A stretch of 63,261 nucleotides of DNA, filler included, from Octopus bimaculoides (lineage: Eukaryota), in the NCBI RefSeq assembly GCF_001194135.2. It is 5 parts of 4 records of this genome, joined end to end, with 100 filler letters (N's around TTAATTAATTAA, not from the genome) between each part and the next. Parts side by side here need not be neighbours in the genome. Positions count along the whole stretch, not along the records: positions 1 to 16,360 come from NC_069002.1; 4 more parts are not named here. One strand, written 5' to 3'. Shown here piece after piece: positions 1-12,128 of the stretch (position 1 is its first letter; each line of letters begins with the position of its first letter). The position numbers were made by a program, and so were the translations under genes. The notes beneath the pieces are model-generated. The model saw only the letters and a list, made by a program, of their open reading frames with translations, was not told where the DNA came from and made no database searches.

Positions 1-195
1 TTGCTTGTGTATATACATAGATCGATACACACACACATACTGCATCTTATATAATTACTGTTACTGCGTAGATCACATGCGTGCGAGTATATCAATATAC
101 ACACATACATATATATATATTGCTTTACATGTGGTACCGTTGATGTGTAGATTGCAAGTATGTATGTATATTCTGAGAGAGCTAACTGAAGACTA

Positions 196-561
196 CATAT
201 CGTTGCTATTATGTTAAACCGTGGTATGTCCAAATTAGGCCAAATGCGTTAATTTTGCTTGCAATAGCCGGTTCTTTTGGTCAAACTATCGTATCTCCAA
301 CTGCTTCAGATGCCAAGATGTGCAAAGTGTAGAACAACGATTTAGCATTTTCCAAAATTGTAGTAAATGGCACATACGACAGTTTTTCAAAAAATATCAT
401 ACATACATGGAGTTAGGATTTTAGGCACCCAAGAAAGTATTATTGTTGAGCTGAAACTGGTGCTAATGTAAAAAGAAATGGAATGGCGAAACTAATTCTT
501 TCGTTTTCTGTAAAAGTAACGTTCTGGAGTTACGACACTTTTACATAATAGCAACGATATG
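196..561. mobile_element. TA-flanked MITE (Tc1/mariner superfamily-like)
   Basis: Terminal inverted repeats CATATCGTTGCTATTATGT / ACATAATAGCAACGATATG, with TA on both sides (194-195, 562-563). Confidence 0.7.
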
Positions 562-795
562 TATATTTGCTATTCATAATTTCTGTTTAAGAGTGCATTA
601 TCATGTGTATGTATGTATGTGTATATATATATACATACAGACATATATAATCTCAGGTAAGGTGAAAAGATCATCTGTTCACAAGATAAGATTAACGAAT
701 ACGTTATGTAGATGACGGGTTGAAAAGGAAATTAAGTGAAAATATAGAGATAAGGTCGACACATAAATAGAAGACAAGTTGTTGATTATATATAT

Positions 796-798
<3 letters not shown>

Positions 799-878
<80 letters not shown>
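799..878. repeat. (AG)n microsatellite; others include (CA)n 9823-9893, (GAT)n 11473-11540, (TCTA)n/(CTAC)n 13937-14016, (ACAT)n 16461-16575, (AAT)n 27635-27835, (GAT/GGT/ATT)n 35705-35910, (GATA)n 59927-59991
   Basis: Directly visible. Confidence 0.98.
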
Positions 879-880
<2 letters not shown>

Positions 881-956
881 TGTGTGCTCTCCACACAGAC
901 TTTGTTTCCTCATAACTTACAGAAAATTATGTGGACTAAAGCAGGTTTGTACTTTT

Positions 957-1080
957 TCAGATTAACACCCGCACGATTTTCACTAGGGTATTAAGGTTAG
1001 GGAAGGAATTTCCTAACCCTAACCCCAAAACTAACACTGACCCTAAAACCCTAGTGAAAATCGTGCGGGTGTTAACCTGA
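957..1080. mobile_element. 124-bp fold-back element with 33-bp inverted ends and telomere-like core
   Basis: 957-989 and 1048-1080 are inverted copies with 1 mismatch; the interior has GGTTAGGG and CCTAACCCTAACCC. Confidence 0.7.
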
Positions 1081-1889
1081 ACATTTACCCAATTGTGTAG
1101 ATATGCATATATTGCACACACATTATATTATGTCTTTCTGGCATCGTTGCAGGGTGAGAATAGAATTACGAATTATGTAGTGCATAGTGCACCAAAAACA
1201 GTAATTTGTATGGTTGAATATATTTTCAGCATCGTAGGTCACTATTCTGCAAGAAGAAGAAAAAACCCCAAAAAAACTTGAATGCGTATTCGTACCCCAT
1301 TGTGATTTTTCGGTTGAGGAAACTCCAAAGGAAAGCTGAACAGCCGAAGGTCCTCTCAGATAAGAAACCTACCACCTCATGTAACTGTTTACGTTTTGGC
1401 CCTCAACTCCTAAAGGTATAACATTCAAGATCAGGATTCTGAAAGGCAAAACACGGACCCGAAAAACCGCAAGGGTGTGCACGCCAAAAAACACCTCCAG
1501 CACCAAGTTTTCTTTCTCTTTTAGCCAGAATCGTAATCCAAGTTACTCGAAACAGACATTTTCTAAGAGACTTACAGCTTTGGTGTACAAGATAATTTCG
1601 GACTCTATTCTACAGGAATGCCATATAATATATATTATTGGTACTGATGGTGACTGAGGGAGGAGGAGGTGGAAGATATAGCTGTGTAATGAGGGGTAGG
1701 TTGAGAAGTTACGGGTAGGAGAGGAGAAGGGAAAGGAATGACAGAGTAACGGAGAGATGAGACTGAGAAGGTAATAGTCGTCGGATGGAGAAAAACATAA
1801 TGGCGGGAGATGATGAAGAATAGACAGAACCATGTCTTATTTTAGCACACCACACTTTATCTGTATAGACACACACACATATAAATATT

Positions 1890-2328
1890 AGGTATACCTC
1901 AGCTTACGCTGTTTCGAGTTACGTCTTTTTTAAAATCTGTATAGACACACGCATATATGTATATAAATATAGGCATAACTACAGGGTTGTTATGCCTAAA
2001 TATATTTAGGTATATACGTCGTCTTTATAAGAAATTAATGGGAAAATAAACCTCAACTGCACTCAATTTATAGGTCGATCTCAGTGATCAGGTTTCAAAA
2101 CCAGATTTCTTTTTGAAAGCACAATAAAAACCCGATAATGAAGTGGAAAAATCAAATGCAATACACGTGAAAAATAGGTACAAAAAAAATCATTTATTAT
2201 AACTGAGATAAGCTATAATATAGGTTTTTTTTTAAAAAATAGATCTCTTTTTCGTGTGATGCTGTTTTTTTCCGCATCAAGTCGCATGGCTTGGAAACAA
2301 AATTACCGACGTAAGTTGAGGTATACCT
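1890..2328. mobile_element. pogo/Tigger-like MITE
   Basis: 19-bp inverted ends AGGTATACCTCAGCTTACG / CGTAAGTTGAGGTATACCT (1 mismatch), resembling Tigger-type TIRs. Confidence 0.6.
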
Positions 2329-2605
2329 CTACGTGTGTATGTGTATGAGAAAGAGAGAGGATAGAATAAAATTTAGATATGAATCAGGAATGAGATATAA
2401 CGATGGTAGATAAGGGTTAGAGAGAATCTCTCTCTCTCTATACATATATATATATATATGATTATATTTTCTCTAAGTTAATAATTAACTCCGACAAAAT
2501 AAATTGGTTAATAGATACCAGAGATCACAAAATGACTAACTCCTGTTTATGAGGTAGAAACTCCTTGTTATTTTGGGTACTTGAGTATATATATAAATTT
2601 ACTAA

Positions 2606-2641
<36 letters not shown>

Positions 2642-3054
2642 NNNNNNNNNNNNNNNNNNNNNNNNNNNNNNNNNNNNNNNNNNNNNNNNNNNNNNNNNNN
2701 NNNNNNNNNTATCCGCATAGTCGAGTGTATATATATATATATATATACATAGAGAGATAAATAGAGTATCCTTGAGTAAAAGTGCAGTCAGACCAATTTG
2801 AATTCAGCGATCTTTTTTCATTACATAACCTTACTACACGCTGTCACATAATTGTAGATGCTTGTGTATACAAAGAGCACCCAATATGTTTATTATATAT
2901 ATTAAATTGCGCACTAAAAGCACCTGAGAAGGTATTGGTTAAATGCATCTGTACTGAAATGGAAGGGAGAAGCATTTATATATATAGATGGTTAGATACA
3001 CCATGGAAGAAGATTGCGGGTCAGAGAAACAGCCTAAAGGAAACAAAAAAGGAT

Positions 3055-3443
3055 ACTCTTTTACTTGTTTCAGTCATTTGACTGCGGCCATGCTGGAGCA
3101 CTGCCTTTTTAGTCGAGCAAATCGATCCCCAGGACTCATTCTTTGTAAGCCTAATACTTATTCTATGGGTCACTTTTTGCCGAACCGCTAAGTGACGGGG
3201 ACGTAAACACACCAGCATCGGTTGTCAAGCGATGTTGGGGGGGGGGGAACACAGACACACACATAGATACATATATACGACGGGCCTCTTTCAGTTTCCG
3301 TCTACCAAATCCACTCACAAGGCTTTGGTCGGTCCCGAGGCTATAGTAGAAGACACTTGCCCAAGGTGCCACGCAGTGGGACTGAACCCGGAACCATGTG
3401 GTTGGTAAGCAAGCTACCTTACCACACAGCCACACCTGCGCCT
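3055..3443 (-). mobile_element. tRNA-derived SINE family A, near full length (in ferritin A intron 1)
   Basis: Head aggcgcaggtgtggctgtgtggtaag...ggttccgggttcagtccc (A/B-box-like), central (TA/GT)n, tail gactgaaacaagtaaaagagt. The same family recurs elsewhere in the window. Confidence 0.85.
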
Positions 3444-3589
3444 ATGAACAATATAATAATGGACTGATGTCGAAGCAAAATATATTCCTAAAATGAAAGC
3501 AATATATACGTTATTAGCAGTTATTTAGATAGGTATTATAGTAATTAAATAATAAGATAATTAATGACTAATTAAGAGTTCTTACTTAC

Positions 3590-3694
3590 CATGGATTGGT
3601 AGACATAGGAAGCATACATTTCCATGTTTATTTGACGATTGATGCCAGCTTCAGAATCCTCGTGGAAATTTTGGCGTGGGTTACTGTCACACAT
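3590..3694 (-). CDS. FTH1: Ferritin (H/soma-type, cytosolic) copy A, coding exon 1; gene continues off the left edge
   Basis: Manual translation gives [35 protein letters not shown] (35 codons), then a phase-0 donor ATG|gtaagt. Matches ferritin helix A, including the ferroxidase E27/Y34 equivalents. No signal peptide. An IRE lies upstream. Symbol means H-type-like, not proven orthology. Confidence 0.96.
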
Positions 3695-3987
3695 TTTTGT
3701 TGGTTTCTTGGTTCCTTAACTAATTCTGTTCTTGAGAAGCACTTCGATCCTTCGATCTGTTTTGTACCTTAATTGCTAAGATTCTAAAATAAGGTGGCGA
3801 CAGCAAAAGAATTGTTGGTCGATTGAAAAACGGAATTTTAAATAAAAATTGCGATTATTTAAAATTAAGACTCTTTAAAAACTGGAAAACTGAAAAATTA
3901 ATTTGTTTTATATATAAAAGGAAGGAAAATAAAGAATTATTAATTGAAAACCGTTTTTTGAGACGTGTAGAGGATGGTTAAGAATAT

Positions 3988-4015
3988 GTCCGTACGTTCA
4001 CTGACGCAGCTAGAC
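3988..4015 (-). promoter_or_regulatory. Iron-responsive element (IRE) in the ferritin A 5' UTR
   Basis: Minus strand GTCTAGCTGCGTCAGTGAACGTACGGAC: CAGUGA loop, 5-bp upper stem UGCGU/ACGUA, bulged C, lower stem GUCU/GGAC. Essentially the molluscan ferritin IRE. Confidence 0.95.
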
Positions 4016-4046
4016 TATTTCTTATGCCGAGCGAGCGCGACGGCGC

Positions 4047-4054
4047 TTTATATA
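4047..4054 (-). promoter_or_regulatory. TATA box of ferritin A
   Basis: TATATAAA on the minus strand, about 30 nt upstream of the IRE, in a locally GC-rich context; implies a TSS near 4025. Confidence 0.8.
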
Positions 4055-4070
4055 GTCTGCAGAGCTGGCT

Positions 4071-4099
4071 GGTCACGTGCTGAAGATTTCCACCAATCA
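4071..4099. promoter_or_regulatory. Proximal promoter motifs: E-box CACGTG (4074-4079) and CCAAT box (4093-4097)
   Basis: GGTCACGTGC and CACCAATCA lie about 20-45 nt upstream of the TATA box. Function is inferred from position only. Confidence 0.55.
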
Positions 4100-5751
4100 A
4101 CGAGCTGGGTACATGAAACTGCATGGAATACAAGGGAAGTAGGGGTGGCAGATGTAATGAGGTGGATGGATTAAGGGGATGGGAGGGTAATGGAAAGAAT
4201 ACTGTAGTTGTTGTTGTTACCTCCATGTCGTCCCTCAGTGAAGAAATACCTTTAATGGCTAAAAGGACCCCAGCCATAGCAATCCCCCATCTTCTTTTCC
4301 AGTCGTAGTTATATCCTGGATAACATGTGGAAAAGCGTGTTATCGTTGTTGTTTATCTGCCTTGTTTAGTTTAGCCCCAGGCTAACCTCCGGTCGAACAG
4401 ATCTATATTCAAAGGCAACCCAAACATGACTATCCAGTCTTTATTCTACGGACAGAGAACACAGGATTAAATGATCTACAATCCGTCCCGTCTTTTTTAA
4501 GACGGTAGGGTGATCTGGAAATCTGCTATTTCTAGCAAATAGAATGACCACGTAGAGGCTAACTTGTTGGCTTACGTGGTAGATTCAAGTAGAATGAGGT
4601 ACGGGTAGAGTAGAGAAGAATAAGCGAGTGAAAGAGTGAGCGAGTGAGTGTATGTATCTATGTACATGAGTGGGTGTGTGTTTGGAGTGGAGTGTAGCTT
4701 CGCACTTCAGTATTAGTGTATTTTGTGTCGCACGAAAATGATTTGATGAAGAAGTTATTACGTCATGGCAACGTTCATTTTAATGCTGGAACAAACGACC
4801 GGATTTCACGATGTGGATTGACAGATTCGTCGGACATAAATGAATAAAAATCAAATAAAATCTTGTATTTAGTTACGACCCTTGATATTCGTAGCTGAGA
4901 TTTTACTCAACCCCCAAACGTTACCTTTCACCCTCTCAAAAAGGTCGATAAAATAAAGCCCTCAATTAAGTACTTAGGTCGATTTAAATATTCTTATGAA
5001 GCATCATAAAGACGTAAATGGAATTATGATGGAAGGAAACAAGACGGACGACATGTTGCAATGGCTTTCTAACTTATTTTCTCACTGAAAATTGTTAAAA
5101 CCCACACTTATATTTTAACTGACAGAACTCATTACTCTAATTTTAATAAGACATCAGATCAGACGTCGTAAAAAAATGTTTTTGAAATAAAATTTATTCG
5201 TATATAGAAATCATACAATAATATATTAGGATTGACTTAAGTTATATAACTTAACTTAAAGGCTATATATTCTTTATTATTAATTTCTAGGGGGAAAAAA
5301 TGAATGAGATTTTTGTCAATATGTAAAACTATATTAAAGTATCAGTTCTGAAAATAATCTGGTGAAAATTAGAAAAAACTTTTATGGTTGCAGTCTAATA
5401 ATGACAAACAAAAAGAAGAAAAAAGATCGGTGTATTATTTTGAAAATGGCGAATATCAATATTTTTTTTAACTATCAAATTTTCAATAAATTTTATTGAA
5501 ACATTTTTTTTTCACAGAACTCCAGTACTTTTTTTTTTTTACCAGAAATATGGAGATTCTAGAAACTGACTTTAAGAAAGTGTACTTGAATAAAAAAGAC
5601 GAAGATAAAATTTTTGAAAACGAAGACCGGACTGTCAATTATAAATACTTCCGATCATCTCTGCTCAGCCTGAGTTGACCTGAAGTTGAACAACAACAAC
5701 AACGACAACACCAGCAAGTAGAATAGGATGAGGGATAATTATAATAATAAC

Positions 5752-5982
5752 CCTTTCTACTAAAGACACAAGGCCTGAAATTTTGGGGGAGGGGACTAGT
5801 CGATTATCGATTTCACTGGTACTTTATTTATCGATTTCACTGGTACTTTATTTATCACCCTCGAAAGGATGGAGGGCAAAGTCGACCTCGGCGGATTTTG
5901 AACTCAGAACGTAGAGACGGGCGAAATACCGTTATAAGCATTTCGTCGAGGGTGCTAACAATTCTGCCACCTCGTTGCTTTA
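5752..5982 (-). mobile_element. tRNA-derived SINE family B (other copies about 6055-6300 +, 7530-7650 +, 14420-14615 -, 26112-26335 -, 27445-27632 -, 50340-50420 +, 52590-52772 -)
   Basis: Shared consensus ctggcagaa...gagttcaaattccgccgaggtcgactttgcctttcatcc...ggggtcgatgtaatcgact...aatttcaggccttgtgcc, ending in (ATT)n. Confidence 0.8.
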
Positions 5983-6699
5983 TTAGTAATAATAATCGTA
6001 ATACTCTCTAAAGAGCTGTTACAGAGACTGACATATTTCATACTATTAGAACACGAGGTGAAGCTGAATCGGTAGAGAGTTGATAAAAATAATGCTTGGC
6101 AATGTTTGTTCTGGCAATTTGCCTACTGAGTTTACATTCTGCCGAGGTCGACTTAGCCTTTCATCCTTAACGAATCGATAAAATAAGTACCAGTTGAGTC
6201 TTGGAGCGGGAGAAGGGAGGCTCGATGTAATCGACTTACCTCTACCCGCGAACTTGCTGGCCTTGTGCTAAAATTTGAAATCAATATAGCTACAAGGCCT
6301 GAAATTTGTGGTTTAAGCTCTTAGTCGGGTTATCATGTAGTTTAGAGTCCTAAAAATAGTGTTAAGTAAAGTGCACCGGGAATACCGATATTAAAGTACC
6401 ACAATTTCATAAACACGGGTACCTAGTTATGTAGTATCATCTAGTGATAGCATGAGCGTTTCTAAAACAGCAGCTGAGGTACACAGCCGCTGCGTAGAAG
6501 AATAGTATAGCCAACAACGAACACAAGAAAAAAGCCAAAGGGACGCGTTTCAAATTTGGTGGGTGGATTGCTATGTTAATTTAGAGCATATGTACACCGT
6601 TGTGAACCATTTTTTCAACTTTGTTGATTTGAGGATGAGAGCATCCGGAAAGACTTCTGCCCTCCCCACCCATTTTCTCCCAAATTTATTTATTAAACA

Positions 6700-7475
6700 A
6701 TTTTTTGGATCTTTGTGATTTGACGGCCAACACTTGTTTTCTTAACGAAACACTTTCAAACTTGGGACACTGGTAGAATGTGTCATACAAAACAACTTTT
6801 TCTCTTAGCCTTCTTAACAAAAAATTGTACATCGCAAGTTATTTCATGTTAAAGTTGTCGTATTTCTGTAATTTCAACCAATCACTGACGTCTATTCAGC
6901 TGAATACAGTCAGTGCTCTTTTGTAAACAGCCGGTGTTATGTGTGTTATTCCCTGTGACATATTTCATCCGGTTTAATCGTAATTTATACGCATATATTG
7001 TTTATATAATAAATTACGCTGTGCGTATCTGTGTGTGTATATTTTTGCCATAACCTCACTCATAACCCTAACTCTAAAACCCGAACCCTAACTCTAAAAC
7101 CCGAACCCTAACCCTAAACTAGAGTTTGATTTGAAGAAGATTTGGCTGCTATTTCTAGGAAATGAAGCACTTGGTGGAGGTGCATTAATAATTCAAGTAT
7201 TTTGATGGCTTTTTCCCCTTTGTTTACGAACTAAGGAGGATTAATACCATATACACCGTCACAGCACAAATTATATTCAACTGAATAGACGTCAGTGATT
7301 AGTTGAAATTATCGAAATAAGATAATTTTTAACGTGAAATAACTTCGAATACAAAATTTTTTATCTGTTCTATATCACAAAATATACAAGTATACGAAGT
7401 TTGAAAGTGTTTCGGTACCAAAAACACTACATAAAAAAATGTTGCCCGTCAAATCATAAGGGTCCAATTTTTTGT
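6700..7475. mobile_element. Inverted pair of ~200-bp repeats (6700-6910 vs 7268-7475): fold-back element or two opposed copies
   Basis: taatttcaaccaatcactgacgtctattcagctgaata vs the reverse complement of tattcaactgaatagacgtcagtgattagttgaaatta; cgaaacactttcaaactt is also present in both arms. Confidence 0.7.
7063..7119. repeat. Telomere-like (CCCTAA-variant) 19-bp tandem
   Basis: taaccctaactctaaaacccgaaccctaactctaaaacccgaaccctaaccctaaac. Confidence 0.85.
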
Positions 7476-7646
7476 TGTTGCCAAAAACCCCCGTTTTCGG
7501 ATACGGAGGTTCCGGAAAATTGCCAAAAATCAGCATTGTGAACCTCCCCCCTTTCCCCGCCAAATTCTTCAATTTTGCACTGGGGTCGATGTAATCGACT
7601 AGTCCTCTTCCCACAAATTCCAGGTCTTATGCCTATATTAGAAAAG

Positions 7647-7685
<39 letters not shown>

Positions 7686-8029
7686 GATTTGATTTCATTC
7701 AATTTCATTGTAAACTTCACCCACATTTTATATTTCTCTCTCTTCTCTCTCTCTCTCCTTCGCCCCCTTCTCTCTCTGTAATGTCCCCTCACGCGTTAGT
7801 CCTTGTGACAAATAAATAAATTAAATAAAAGATTATTCTAAATTTCTGGTTGGCCCCACGTGACTCACCTCCTTTTGCAACGGTTTCCTTATGGCACATC
7901 ACGAGACAGCAAAATGCGCCTTGAAAAATAAATCATATTTTATAAAGATATATGAAGAATATTATAACCCAAAATTCTAACTACGTATAAGGAGGCACGA
8001 TGTCTAAATTTTGTGAAAATACTGTTTGT

Positions 8030-8108
8030 TGTTGTACATGTGTTGTTGTACATGTGTTGTTATACATGTGTTGTTATACATGTGTTGTTATACATGTGTT
8101 GTTATACA
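8030..8108. repeat. 14-bp minisatellite TACATGTGTTGTT(A/G), about 5.5 copies
   Basis: Directly visible. Confidence 0.95.
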
Positions 8109-8323
8109 GTGAAGACACACTGTTAATTATATTAATTTAGTTATATCCGTGTTATCCATCATATGACGGTTTATGTTGCAACGTATATTTGCTTCTCTGA
8201 TTAATTACCTGATAATGTTACATAGGAACAGTAAATATAAATTCCAATCTTTTTCAGATACTATGGTGCAGAGTTAAAAAATAATGAAATGAAAGTTAAT
8301 TCTCAAACAAAAGCTTCGAAAAA

Positions 8324-8884
8324 TACTTTTATAATAATAAAAGCGAAATTCTGTCTGTCCGTCTGGAACCCCTGTATCTCACTCTACGTTTGCTCTACAG
8401 AGACATATTTTTCCTTTTTAGAATCAGGATGATCCCGGGATTAAAAATCTGTCCTTCATTTGGTTCTTGAACATCCAGCATTGAGATCTGATTTAAAAGC
8501 ATTTGGCTTGTTATTTTTAGCAGGTAAAGCTTGGCTGACTCACGCCATCTTGGTTGGCGTTTGTCTGATCACATCAGAGATTAACGGGGAGATAAATGAC
8601 ATTCGCTTCGTTAATTTTACGTTGAGACTTTAAGAACTTTGAGACAAATTGACCAACAGTTGGAATTCAACTTGGGACTGGAACAGTAGAATGATTGCAT
8701 TACAGAATTAATTCTCAGCTATCCTTAACTTCTGATCAAACACCACCGCGGGGAATATAGTCATTATAGACGTATTATAGCCATGCTATTTATCTCCCTC
8801 TAATTTTGGGCCGCAGGCCTAATTACCCCCCTACCCCGCAGAAACTCGCTTAAAAGTCCGCACAGAATGCGGCTTTTAAGCTAG
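8324..8884 (+). mobile_element. Non-autonomous Helitron
   Basis: 3' end AAAAGTCCGCA-CAGAA-TGCGGCTTTT hairpin, then AAG-CTAG|T (8881-8884). 5' end tttataataataaaagcgaaattctgtctgtccgtc is Helitron-like but its exact boundary is uncertain. Confidence 0.7.
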
Positions 8885-9604
8885 TGTTGAATAAAAATAA
8901 ATTTGAGTAGGATAATTTTCTATTTCTGTGGTTGTAATAAATGTACATTATGAAATGTACTGGGGTCGATATAATACTATGGCGGACATCATGGTTCAGT
9001 GTAGGGGAAGGCGACTGCTGCAACGCATTGTGAAATGTATAGAGCAAAATGAGTTAAGTAAGACATCTTGGGTGGTCATCTACTGCATCTGTTTCCATCC
9101 GCAGCCGTCTTCACCTGGTTTTGCCACTAGAATGAAGATGGTCACGGACGAGAGAGTGATTAAGGATGATTAGATGGTCCTCGTCTCTCTCCGACGGGCG
9201 AACATGATGAGTATGACCTGATTTTGCAATAACACCGAAGACAAGTTTGGTTTTCATTCTTCGGTGATCGCTAAATTATAGTACCAGTCAAATATTGGAG
9301 TCGATTTAAGATTATAACTGACATCCATGATTAACTCTGAATGCCCACATGTACAACAGAAAGAGGATAAATCTAGATTTTAGTCAATAAAGTGTGTATA
9401 ATTTTAAATTTACTTAAAAATCATAAGCAAATGCCTTTTTTTTAATACAAAAAGTCTATTACATAGAGAGACAATTGTTTAATCAAGTTTAGTACAGTTA
9501 ATTAAGTTTAATTTACACGTAAAAATCTGCAGATTCATCTAGTGTGATATCATGAGTTTTTAATCATACTATTTTGAAATCTCCTCTTCTAAACTTTCTA
9601 CGCT

Positions 9605-9662
9605 TTGGGATGTAACTCAATAGGACTGGCAATTTGGGATGTAACTCAATAGGACTGGCAAT
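9605..9662. repeat. 29-bp perfect tandem duplication (similar: 24-bp at about 5804-5855, 28-bp at 37741-37806)
   Basis: tttgggatgtaactcaataggactggcaa x2. Confidence 0.95.
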
Positions 9663-9820
9663 CTCAATATTAAGATAGTCATAAACACCAGGATGTCGTT
9701 AACGATTTCTATTGGTTAAAAAAACGAAGGTGATCTATTGTTTGACTTGTCTGTGGAGAGCTACAACGGAGCTGAGATTACTGACCTCGTTTGATGATCT
9801 TGGATATATTCAAGAGACAT

Positions 9821-9896
<76 letters not shown>

Positions 9897-11472
9897 ATAT
9901 AAGAATAACGTCCTTGGAATTGTGTACAATATGAACAGTTACGACACGAATAGATTTAGGAATTTTCAATGTTTGTCTTTAATATAACTATCACCACTAA
10001 TCGTACTAGAGTCAACTTTTTTTAGCCACAACTTTAGACTGAAAGACAGGCAAGTATTAACTTCACTCCAGCTAAAGTTAGAAACATATCGAGAATTTAT
10101 TGAAGAACCTCCAATATATTCTTAGACAAAGATATTTTCGACAGTCATACTCATTAAAACGAGATGTTGGTGAGCAGCGATTGTAGTGAGAAATTAATGT
10201 ACATGGGAGATCCCTACGTACAATTCCGAAGAGTGTCACAAAGGGAAAAATTACTAGGTTCAATCATCTGTTAAAACTAGTTTTCTCTTTGAACATCAGA
10301 AAAAAATTTTCATCATTTATTGGATATCATTTCTCAAGCAAACATAAATAACACAACCCATTTAATATGCATTATATTAAGATTAGTTACTCACGTCTAG
10401 ATCGTACCGCTTTCAGTATCTCAAAGAAACTGCATATTTTGAAACAACTCTCTGAATCTACTATGAGAAAATTGTCATCAATGAAGGTCACTATTAGCTA
10501 ATTTTAGGCCATTCTTTGATAACACCTTTTGATAATTTTCACCAAAACTACTAAAATTCTAGCAGAATTGAAAACAAGTAAGATGGCTCTTATATATTGT
10601 GCTAAAGCCGTCCCCTATTCAGCGGCCGCTACAACACTAAGCATTCGCCTAGATTTCATCCCACAAGACCAATTTTAAGAATACCTGTTTCTCTATCTAC
10701 TTTTTGTTGTGTTTTGTTGTTATTTTTATTGTATTTTTAAAAATTTATTTGTCGTGATATGGATCTGAAGTTTCGATTATATTTACCGTCAAAGAGACTT
10801 CACTCACGGAAACTAAGAAGCAAACAAATAAGGACAAACACAGAAAAACGCACACTAATACGAACATAATAACTGAAAATAATCGTTTCTTACCGTAGCA
10901 GTTCTAATTTTGTACACTGCTATAAAGAATGAGTTCACGAAGTTATTTGACCCAGATTTGAATTTTTCTTATTCATGTCTAGAAAACCGAATTTTTCGAT
11001 GCTGGAGAGCAAAGTTCGATTAGGAATCGCGCCGGCATTGTTGTTGTTCGGTAACTGAGCTTTCAGTAAGCTGAAGATGACTAACAACAACTGTTATGCC
11101 ATTAAGTCCATGCATTTTAGAAATCGTTGTTTATAATGTAAAATTTTATCCTTTTCGGTTATTCCAAGTGTCGGAACTTCAGACGTGGTTTGTACCTAGA
11201 AAATATCTGAAGATATTTTTATAGGATGCGCTTATAAGTCACACCCCCAACTTTAGGGGAAAATTTCAGGGAAAAAAAGTGCGACTTATAGCCGAGTATA
11301 TATGGTATATTTGGAGGAAACTGTTATGCTTTCATCTAGGATTCCTGAACGTGTATATATGTTGGATTTACCTAGTTTCAAAAGACAGTAGGATTGATAT
11401 AAAATTTTTAGGTAATGTTATTAACTTTTTCTTTCAGATGCCCCAACGATTCTGCCAGTTCATGCCCTGGTA

Positions 11473-11542
<70 letters not shown>

Positions 11543-11906
11543 AAGCAAAAGGCTAGAAGTTTTCAAACGAGTGTTTAGTAGATATCATCGACTTTAGTAT
11601 TTAACTGCCTTCGACAAAAAGGATGAAAGGCTAAGTTGACTTCGTCTGGTATGTCAGTGTTTGTGCTTGCGATTGTGTGTGTGTGTGGCTTATCAGCTAC
11701 TTAGTGTGTTACCATGATAGCCATTTGATACAATCCATAGTAACAGTGGTATGTAATGCAATATATGTGTGTCTGTCTGTGGATGTATGCGAATGAGTGT
11801 GTGTGTGTGTGTATTTTTTTGCACATTAAGAAAATTACAACCACACCATTGCTGTCGCTTGATAACACAAAATCAATGTATTTTTCCCGTCCATACATCA
11901 ATATAT

Positions 11907-12128
11907 AGGCCCAGGAGTAGCTGTGTGGTAAGTAGCTTGCTTACCAACCATATGGTTCCAGGTTCAGCCCCACTGCGTGGCACCTTGGGCAAGTGTCTTC
12001 TACTATAGCCTCCGGGCCGACCAAAGCCTTGTGAGTGGAAGAAGCCCGTCGTATATGTATATAGATGTATATGTATGTGTGTCACCAACATCACTTGACA
12101 ACCGATGCTGGTGTGTTTACTTCCCTGT
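11907..12128 (+). mobile_element. SINE family A, internally deleted copy
   Basis: High similarity to 3055-3443 in the opposite orientation. Confidence 0.85.
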
